DNA of 64,000 nucleotides. It comes from Deltaproteobacteria bacterium GWB2_55_19 (GTDB taxonomy: Bacteria > Desulfobacterota > GWC2-55-46). The notes under the pieces were generated by a model. That model was not told the DNA's origin. It ran no database searches and saw only the letters and a list, made by a program, of their open reading frames with translations. The position numbers were made by a program, and so were the translations under genes. Where the stretch lies: NCBI GenBank assembly GCA_001797465.1, contig MGPQ01000010.1:4028-68027 (forward strand), given 5' to 3'. Of this stretch, positions 57,093-64,000 are shown one piece after another (positions within the stretch are counted from its first letter, which is position 1; each line of letters opens with the position of its first letter).

Positions 57093-58442
57093 CTACCTTA
57101 TGCCGAGCGTGCCTTTCAGGGCCTTTATCGCCTGTTTGAGCTCAGAGGATTCCGGGACTTCCTTCTCTATTTTCTTTACCGCGTGTATCGCGGTAGAGTG
57201 GTCTTTGCCGCCGAAGGCCGAGCCTATCTCGGGGAACGAGAAAGAGCCGTAGGTACGAGCTATGAACATCGCTATCTGCCTGGGGAAGGCCACGGTCCTG
57301 TGCCTTCTCTTTGATTTAAGGTCAGACGGTTTTATATCGTAATACGCCGCGACCGCCTTTTGTATCTCGTCCATCGTAAGGACCTTCTCTTCTTTTTCCT
57401 TGAGGAGGTTCTTTAAGGCCTCCCTCGCCATAGGGAGCGTTATCTCGAGGTTTGTAAGGCTCGATACCGCGATGATCCGGTTCAGGAAGCCTTCGAGCTC
57501 CCTGACGTTGGAGCCGCTGACGCCCGAGAGCCACGAGGCGACGTCGTCGGGGAGTTTGACGCCTTCGGCCTTTGATTTCTTTCGGAGTATCGCTATCTTG
57601 GTCTCCGTGTCCGGGGGCTGGATGTCGGCGACAAGCCCCCACTCGAACCTCGAGCGGAGCCTCTCTTCGAGCCCGTCTATGTCTTTAGGGAACTTGTCGC
57701 TCGTAACGACTATCTGCTTGTGTCCCTCATATAAGGCGTTAAAGGTGTGAAAGAACTCCTCCTGGGTCCTCTCCTTTCCGGCCCAGAACTGTATGTCGTC
57801 TATCAGGAGGACGTCGACGTTGCGGAACCTGCCCCTGAAGTCGGCCATTTTCTGACGGCTGACATAGTTTATGAAGTCGTTCATGAACCGCTCAGAGGTG
57901 TAATAGCAGACCTTCGCGGAGGGGTTCGCGAGTGAGACCTTGTGACCGATCGCCTGGAGGAGGTGCGTCTTCCCGAGTCCCACGCACCCGTATATGAAGA
58001 GCGGGTTGTACTTGGACCCGAGCGACCCGGCGACCGCTGAGCACGCCGCGTGCGCGAACTCGTTGGCCTTGCCGATGACGAAGTTTTCGAACGTGTACTT
58101 GGGGCTTAAATTAAGCCCGGCCGGCTTTATCGACTTCGGTTCCTTAGAGGATTTTCTGGAAGATGGAGTGGCGGGGAGGGTCTTTAGCTCCGCCATCTCG
58201 TCGCTTACGCGCCAGGATAAGCTCAGGTCTTTTTTCGAGATGCGGCGCATCACTTCCTGGATGAGCGGCAGGTAGTGCTCTTTTATCCATTCGAGGAAGA
58301 AGCGGTTCGGGACCTCGAGCTCGAGGACTCCCTCAGAGGAGCCGACGACCTTTATGGGGCGGAACCAGGTCGCGAAATGCTGAGGGCTCACATGCTCAAC
58401 GACGCCGTCGAGGCAGTTTTTCCAGATAACTTCAGAGTTCAT
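57093..58442 (-). CDS. dnaA: Chromosomal replication initiator DnaA
   Basis: YTFENFV, YNPLFIYG..GLGKTHL, DDIQF, TQEEFFHTFN, RFEWGL, NVRELEG, RQIAM, GGKDHST. Confidence 0.97.
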   Translation of the reverse strand: MNSEVIWKNCLDGVVEHVSPQHFATWFRPIKVVGSSEGVLELEVPNRFFLEWIKEHYLPLIQEVMRRISKKDLSLSWRVSDEMAELKTLPATPSSRKSSKEPKSIKPAGLNLSPKYTFENFVIGKANEFAHAACSAVAGSLGSKYNPLFIYGCVGLGKTHLLQAIGHKVSLANPSAKVCYYTSERFMNDFINYVSRQKMADFRGRFRNVDVLLIDDIQFWAGKERTQEEFFHTFNALYEGHKQIVVTSDKFPKDIDGLEERLRSRFEWGLVADIQPPDTETKIAILRKKSKAEGVKLPDDVASWLSGVSGSNVRELEGFLNRIIAVSSLTNLEITLPMAREALKNLLKEKEEKVLTMDEIQKAVAAYYDIKPSDLKSKRRHRTVAFPRQIAMFIARTYGSFSFPEIGSAFGGKDHSTAIHAVKKIEKEVPESSELKQAIKALKGTLGIR

Positions 58443-58569
58443 TTTAAATTAAAACCGGAGGTTTTTATATGTGGAGCACCGGGGGGGCGTTTAACGGCAC
58501 GTTGTACGCCACCGGGGCCGGGGAAACACCTGCACGGAGCCATGAATAAAGCCTGGTAGTCAAAAGAGA

Positions 58570-58601
58570 TTATTCACAGGGTTATTCACAGATGTTGATA
58601 A
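58570..58601. promoter_or_regulatory. DnaA boxes upstream of dnaA
   Basis: TTATTCACA at 58570 and 58582; TGTTGATAA at 58593. Confidence 0.8.
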
Positions 58602-58811
58602 CTCTCAGGACTGCCGTAGGGCCACACTTTACCAGAGAGAAAAGGTGATTTCAAGGTTTTTAATTATTTTTATTCAGGAGGGATTTTTTGTAGACAAAAC
58701 ATCTGGTTACGCATGCGAGGCCGGGCCGGAGCTTTGCGCGCCAAAAAAAATTCCGCCTTTGCCGGGCGCGCGCCATGGGCGCGCGCATTAAGAAAAAAGG
58801 CCGCTGACCGG

Positions 58812-60062
58812 CTACGGGTACAATCCTCTGATAGAGACCGCCTCGGCCACTCTTTTTACGCCGAGTACCATCGCCGCGGTCCTCATGTCTATCTTCTTCT
58901 CGATAGATATGGCGAGGACCTCCTTGAAGGCCCTTCTCATTATCGTGTTTAATCTCTCGTCTATCTCGTCTTCGTTCCAGAAAAAGCGCTGGAGGTCCTG
59001 CACCCATTCGAAATAGGAGACGACGACGCCACCTGCGTTGGCGAGGATGCCGGGGAGGACGAAGACGCCCTTTTCATTCAAGACCGCGTCGGCATCGTTC
59101 GTTATGGGGTTGTTCGCGCCCTCTGCGATTATGCGGGTCTTGATTTTCCCGACGTTCGCCATGTTTATCTGATTTTCGAGCGCCGCCGGGATGAGGCAGT
59201 CGGACTCGACGGACAAGAGCTCGTCGATCGTCAGGTCCTCGCCCTCCTTATACCCCTTGACTGTGTCGCTCTCCTTCTTGTGCCTTGAGACCGCGTCGAT
59301 ATCGAGCCCCTGCGGGTTGTATGTGGCGCCCTTGGAGTCGGCTACCGCGATGACCTTCGCGCCGAGGCCGGAGAGGATCCTGGCCGCGTGAAAGCCGACC
59401 TTGCCGAAGCCGAGGACTACAACGGAGAGGCCGTCTAAAGACAACCCGAGGTGCATTAACGCCTCGATTACCGCTGTGACGAGTCCCGATGAAGTCGCTT
59501 TGTTCCTGCCGAGCGAACCGCCAAGGGACACGGGTTTGCCGGTCACGACGCCGGGGACCGAATACCCCTTCATCATCGAATACGTGTCCATCATCCAGGC
59601 CATCACCTGCTCATCCGTATAGACGTCGGGCGCAGGTATGTCGGTCTCGGGCCCTATGATTATGCTGATCTCGTAAGTGTAGCGCCGGGTGAGCCTCTCT
59701 ATTTCGCCCTTCGACATGGCGGTCGGGTCGCAGGCGACCCCGCCTTTTGCGCCGCCGAAGGGGATGTCTACGACGGCGCACTTCCACGTCATGAGAGCGG
59801 CGAGCGCCGTCACCTCTTCAAGCGTGACCCTCGGGTGGTAGCGTATGCCGCCTTTTGCGGGGCCGCGCGCGAAGTCGTACTGGACCCTGTAGCCCGGAAA
59901 GAACTCCACTCTTCCGCTGTCCATCTGGACCGGGACAGAGACTATGAGCGAGCGTCTCGGGACCCGGAGCCTCTGGTAGATGTTCGGGTGGAGGTGGAGG
60001 TGTCTGTTCGCGCTCTCGAGGTTCGCGAGGACCTCATCAAAAAGGTTTACGTTTGCGGACAT
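58812..60062 (-). CDS. gdhA: Glu/Leu/Phe/Val dehydrogenase, probably glutamate dehydrogenase
   Basis: GPAKGGIRYHP, MTWKCA, FGGAKGG, DIPAPD, VTGKP, GFGKVG, EGAN, NAGGV.VSYFEW. Confidence 0.9.
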   Translation of the reverse strand: MSANVNLFDEVLANLESANRHLHLHPNIYQRLRVPRRSLIVSVPVQMDSGRVEFFPGYRVQYDFARGPAKGGIRYHPRVTLEEVTALAALMTWKCAVVDIPFGGAKGGVACDPTAMSKGEIERLTRRYTYEISIIIGPETDIPAPDVYTDEQVMAWMMDTYSMMKGYSVPGVVTGKPVSLGGSLGRNKATSSGLVTAVIEALMHLGLSLDGLSVVVLGFGKVGFHAARILSGLGAKVIAVADSKGATYNPQGLDIDAVSRHKKESDTVKGYKEGEDLTIDELLSVESDCLIPAALENQINMANVGKIKTRIIAEGANNPITNDADAVLNEKGVFVLPGILANAGGVVVSYFEWVQDLQRFFWNEDEIDERLNTIMRRAFKEVLAISIEKKIDMRTAAMVLGVKRVAEAVSIRGLYP

Positions 60063-60130
60063 GGACCCTCCGGAAGCTTATGTGTGTGCGGGCCCTGTTA
60101 AGCTCCGCCCTTCCTTGATTTCAGACAAAA

Positions 60131-62734
60131 TTACCTCAGAGGAACGGATGCGTCCAGAGGCGCGGACGGGTCAATGGGCGCGGACGCTTCTATTGGAGAT
60201 GGCCCTTGAGGGATTAATGAGCGCTCATCGACAACCTGAGGCACGCTCTCTCCGGCCTTGTCTTTCCTCAGCCAGACTATGCCTATGGCCGAGCCGATGG
60301 CGAGCCCGGCTATTATCATGAGGATTATCCAGACGGTAAGGCGCCTGCCTACGGACTTGCCGGGCTTCTCGGGAGGCGCTTCCTCCGTCTTCTGCAAAGG
60401 AGAGGCTCTCTTAAGGGCCTCCGCAGGCGCTGTATGGCCGGCGCGCGCGGATGTTGCCGCAGGGGCCGGCGCGGGATGAGTAAGCTGTGGAGCGGAAGCC
60501 TGGGGCCCCTCTATTGCGATTTCGTTGCCCGTAAGTCCCGGCTCCGTCTCAAGCGGCCCTGTTAGTGGGCCGTCTTCTTTTGCCTCGCCTTCGAGAGGCG
60601 AGGCAACAGGGGCCGTCTCTTTTTCCTCAAGGACCGCATCGCGGGTCATGGGCCCTTCTTTCAACGACGGCGCATCGAATGAAAAAGGGGCAGACTCGAA
60701 ACTGAACGCCTCGACCTGAGGTTCTTCAGGGGCCTTGCCCTCCCCGGTTTCCAGACCAGACGCGGTCTCTGGAACGGCCCCCTCAGGTCCTTCATCCTTT
60801 TGAAGGCCCTTTGCAAGCGAGGCGAAGAGGCGCTCGGCGGCCTTTTTGTTTATAAGAGACGGCGCGCCGTTGGACGCGGAGTGGATATCCTTCACCTCGT
60901 CTTGTGAAAATTCGTACACATCTTCCGTCTTTAAGGCATCGAGCCTGGATTTGATGTACTCGCCGGTCTCCTCCTCCGTAAAAGGCTTGAGCTCATGAAC
61001 GGTCTTCAGCCTGTCCTTAAGCTCCCCGAACTCCGGGGATGAGAGCCTCTCAAGAAATGACGGTTCTCCGACAAGCATTATCTGGAGTGTCTTTAAGCGG
61101 GAGAGATACTGTAAGAGCTTGATGCAGCCGGCCGAGAGCCGGTCGGATTCGTCGATTATGATGAGCGTGTGTCCGCCCTGTATCTTGTTCTGGGAGACGC
61201 GCATCCCGAAGCCCAAGAGCTGTTCCTTGACTGAGGCCGCGTCAGAGGCGGCGCCTACCTCGGCGTTTATGGCTTTTATAAGGTCGAGCTCCCTTGAGGG
61301 AGGCTTGAGCACCGTGGCGATGAGGACCTTTTCATCCGAGAGCCTCCTCAAAAGGTCTATGACGAAAGAGGTCTTGCCCGAGCCTTTTCCGCCGGAGATG
61401 AACAAGGGGCCGGACTTTCTTAATACGGACCTCTTTATCGCGTCGAGGAGCTCGTCTCTGGACGAGGGCGCGAAGGAAGGCCTTTGCGGGACGTCCCTGA
61501 ACGGGTCGTCCTTGAGGCCGTAGTAGACGGTGTATCTGTCGCGTGCGTCCGAGTCCGCGTAAGCGGGCTCAATTGATGCAAGCTCGAGCCTTTTAAGTTC
61601 TGCGGAGGCCGAAGAGAGCCACGGGTTTTTCTGGAGCGCAGTCTTGAAGGCGGAGGCCGCCTGCGCCTTCTTCCCCGAGGCGAGCATGACCTCTCCGAGG
61701 AAGTGCCACGCGGAGTCGAGGTCGTTATTCAGGTCTATCGCGTCTTTTATGATCTTTTCGGCCTCTTCCGGGGCCTCGGGGTTTACGTTGTAGAGCGCCC
61801 ATCCGAGATAGGCCCAGTACTCGCCCTCGACGGGGTTAAGGTCGGTTATCTCCCTGAACATCCTCTCGGCCGTGGCGTAGTCGCCTCCAACGAGCGCGGA
61901 TTTAGCGCGCATGAAGAGGAGCTCGGCGTTCAGCTTCGTCTCTCCGCCGGGGCCTCCGGCAAGGGGGGCCTTGTCTCTCGCCTCTTCCTCGAAGAACTCG
62001 GGCTCCGGGAGCGCGGAAGGCCCTTTTACGAGCCCGGTTATGATGAAGGAGAGCGCGAGCGACAGGGCCCTGTGCCGGAGGAGGTCCGAGGACTCGACCG
62101 CCTCCTTAAGGGTCTTTGCGCCGTCAAAGGACGAGAGGAACCTCTTTTCCTGAAGGTTCAAGTTGAACGCGTCGAGCGGGTAAGCGCCCGTATCCGGAGC
62201 GGCCTTGAACGGCTTGTCTATAAGGCCCTTTATATCGGCCTTAAGGCGCGGCGCGGGGTAGAAGCCGAGGCTTACGCCTTCGAGTATGAGAGAGGCCGGG
62301 TGGAGCGACGGGTGCGTTATCTCCTGCGGGACCGAGTCTATCCTGGTGTACCTGTAAGCGCCCTCGTTCCAGCCGAATATCCTCAAGAGCCTCCTTTTCA
62401 ACTGGAGGACGAGGAACGCGTCGAGCTGTTCCGTCGTCAAGAGGCCCATTGATATAAGGACCTCCCCGTGTTTCTTTTTCTCCTTGAGGACCACTTCCAG
62501 CGAGGTCTCGTAGTCCTTCTGGGAGATGATGCCCTCCTGCATGAGGAGCCTGCCGAGGACCTCGTTCAGTATATTGGAGCTCGCCCCCGCAGGGACGCCG
62601 TCCTTGAAGAAGAACCTCTTCTTTACGGGCTCCCTGACGATGTCGAGGGCCGCGGCCTGGTCCCCCTTCCTGTATATGAGGTGGAGGAGTTGCGGCAGAC
62701 CGACTTTGGCGAGGTTTCCCTGTTTTTCCTTCAA
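60131..62734 (-). CDS. DUF4388-like, TPR and ExeA-type AAA ATPase fusion with acidic/Pro-rich linker and C-terminal TM
   Basis: GNL...LPQLL and LGRLL...G.I N-terminus; TPR helices; YYGLKDDPF, GGKGSGKT Walker A, IIIDES Walker B; TM WIILMIIAGLAIGSAIGIVWL; TTG overlaps glnE TGA. Confidence 0.7.
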   Translation of the reverse strand: MKEKQGNLAKVGLPQLLHLIYRKGDQAAALDIVREPVKKRFFFKDGVPAGASSNILNEVLGRLLMQEGIISQKDYETSLEVVLKEKKKHGEVLISMGLLTTEQLDAFLVLQLKRRLLRIFGWNEGAYRYTRIDSVPQEITHPSLHPASLILEGVSLGFYPAPRLKADIKGLIDKPFKAAPDTGAYPLDAFNLNLQEKRFLSSFDGAKTLKEAVESSDLLRHRALSLALSFIITGLVKGPSALPEPEFFEEEARDKAPLAGGPGGETKLNAELLFMRAKSALVGGDYATAERMFREITDLNPVEGEYWAYLGWALYNVNPEAPEEAEKIIKDAIDLNNDLDSAWHFLGEVMLASGKKAQAASAFKTALQKNPWLSSASAELKRLELASIEPAYADSDARDRYTVYYGLKDDPFRDVPQRPSFAPSSRDELLDAIKRSVLRKSGPLFISGGKGSGKTSFVIDLLRRLSDEKVLIATVLKPPSRELDLIKAINAEVGAASDAASVKEQLLGFGMRVSQNKIQGGHTLIIIDESDRLSAGCIKLLQYLSRLKTLQIMLVGEPSFLERLSSPEFGELKDRLKTVHELKPFTEEETGEYIKSRLDALKTEDVYEFSQDEVKDIHSASNGAPSLINKKAAERLFASLAKGLQKDEGPEGAVPETASGLETGEGKAPEEPQVEAFSFESAPFSFDAPSLKEGPMTRDAVLEEKETAPVASPLEGEAKEDGPLTGPLETEPGLTGNEIAIEGPQASAPQLTHPAPAPAATSARAGHTAPAEALKRASPLQKTEEAPPEKPGKSVGRRLTVWIILMIIAGLAIGSAIGIVWLRKDKAGESVPQVVDERSLIPQGPSPIEASAPIDPSAPLDASVPLR

Positions 62735-63999
62735 ACTTTTCCCCCGGTTGTCTTTAGGGCGTTAAGGGTCGTGTTGTAGAGTTCCCTTACCTTATCGGAA
62801 AATAACCTGTAGTCCTTTAAGAGCCTCGCGCCCGGGTCCGGCCCCGTGTACCCGGCGCGCCTTGATAAGGTGTTCAGTTCCTCGGACCCCTCGTTAAGGT
62901 AACCTTCGGGCCTGTCGTGCACTATGCGGATGCGCGTGTCGAGGAGACGGTAGAATGAGTAAGCCTCTTTTAAAAAGGAGCAATCCTTTTCACTAAGCAG
63001 GCGCTCTTTCTTAAGACGCAACAGCGCCTTTACGGTATACGGGGTCCTCAAGGATTTTTTCTCAAGGCCCCATCTGAGCTGAAGGGATTGGGCGAGGAAC
63101 TCGATATCCACAAGCGCCCCGCGTCCGGTCTTGATATTATAGCGGGACGGGGTCTCCTTGGCAATTTCTACTTCCATGCGCTTCCTTATGCGGTACATCT
63201 CGTCGACGTCTTCCGGGGTGAGGGGCTTTGCGTAGGCGATCTCAAAAAGGCCGTTCAAGACATCCGCCCCGAACTCCAGGTCCCCGGCGACCGCCCTGGC
63301 CCTGACGATCGCCTGCCTCTCCCAGACCTGCGTCCTGCCCGCGTGATACCCGAGAAAGGCTTCCTTCGAGACGACGAGCGGGCCGGAACTGCCTGACGGG
63401 CGGAGGCGCGTGTCCACGTTGAAGACGAACCCCTCGCGCGTCCGGAGCGTCAGGACGCTTATTATCCTCTGTCCGAGCTTTACGAAGAACTCGTGCGTCG
63501 AGATGGACTTTGGCCCGCCAGTGCGCGTGTCGAGTGAGTCCGAATAGACGAATACCACGTCGAGGTCGGAGCCGTATATGAGCTCTCCCCCTCCGAGCTT
63601 GCCGAGGCCGAGGACAACGAACCGGGCTTCACCCGGGCCGCCGTATCTCCGGACGAGCTCCGCAATCGATATGTCTATGGCGGAGGCGAGCGCCGCCTCT
63701 GCCATGAAAGTCATCTGTCTTGAGACCGCGCGCGGAGAGAGCTCCCCCCGGACGTCGTTTACGCCTATGCGGAGTATCTCCTGGCTCTTGACCCTCCGGA
63801 GCGCATCGAGTTTTTCTTCGTAATCATCGTGGAGGTAGACCTCTTTCGATACCGTATCAAAGACCTCTCCCCTTGTCTTGTATGGGATGGCGAGCTCCTT
63901 TGAAAGGAGGAGGTCGAGGCCTTCGGGGCGCTCGATGAGCGCGTGGGAGAGGAATTCGCTCGTGCCGAAGAGCTTAAGGAGCTCGTCGGTCACAAGCGG
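62731..63999 (-). CDS. glnE: Glutamine synthetase adenylyltransferase, C-terminal part (5' end outside the window)
   Basis: GLGKLGG.EL.YGSDLD, VDTRLRPSG..G.LV, WERQA..RAR.VAGD, IKTGRG.LVDIEF. Confidence 0.92.
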   Translation of the reverse strand, partial: PLVTDELLKLFGTSEFLSHALIERPEGLDLLLSKELAIPYKTRGEVFDTVSKEVYLHDDYEEKLDALRRVKSQEILRIGVNDVRGELSPRAVSRQMTFMAEAALASAIDISIAELVRRYGGPGEARFVVLGLGKLGGGELIYGSDLDVVFVYSDSLDTRTGGPKSISTHEFFVKLGQRIISVLTLRTREGFVFNVDTRLRPSGSSGPLVVSKEAFLGYHAGRTQVWERQAIVRARAVAGDLEFGADVLNGLFEIAYAKPLTPEDVDEMYRIRKRMEVEIAKETPSRYNIKTGRGALVDIEFLAQSLQLRWGLEKKSLRTPYTVKALLRLKKERLLSEKDCSFLKEAYSFYRLLDTRIRIVHDRPEGYLNEGSEELNTLSRRAGYTGPDPGARLLKDYRLFSDKVRELYNTTLNALKTTGGKV

Positions 64000-64000
64000 G

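Overview
Chromosomal replication-origin region of a GC-rich (roughly 55-60% by eye) bacterium that looks deltaproteobacterial (Desulfobacterota-like; inferred from the Geobacter-type Hypr GGDEF, the DUF4388/TPR fusion and the parAB-bactofilin locus, not from a marker gene). Left to right: an ArsR-controlled sulfide:quinone oxidoreductase operon; a complete ACF/Wsp-like chemosensory cluster with a hybrid kinase output; pyrE-pyrF; a ubiC-ubiA-ubiD-ubiG operon; a CI-like HTH gene and tRNA-Val(CAC); ruvX-mltG, apbE, dksA; mnmG-rsmG-parA-parB-bactofilin with three parS sites; ~23 kb of mixed genes (ClC channel, typA, cytochrome c, second ArsR plus DUF2892, GacA-like cGAMP synthase, aas, fhs, MerR-like HTH plus kamA, fbp, Fur-boxed FTR1); then mnmE, yidC-yidD-rnpA-rpmH, dnaN, oriC, dnaA, gdhA, a DUF4388-TPR-ExeA fusion and a truncated glnE. 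No CRISPR array, integrase or transposase was seen. Most notable: (1) a ubiquinone-type pathway in a lineage expected to use menaquinone, near sqr; (2) an unexplained ~88-bp repeat family at fhs and kamA; (3) at least six genes with promoter geometry implying leaderless mRNAs; (4) mnmG lacking any ATG/GTG/TTG start before its FAD-binding motif; (5) an oriC whose DnaA boxes end in AACA instead of CACA, in a rearranged origin cluster. All protein calls come from motif recognition, without database searches.
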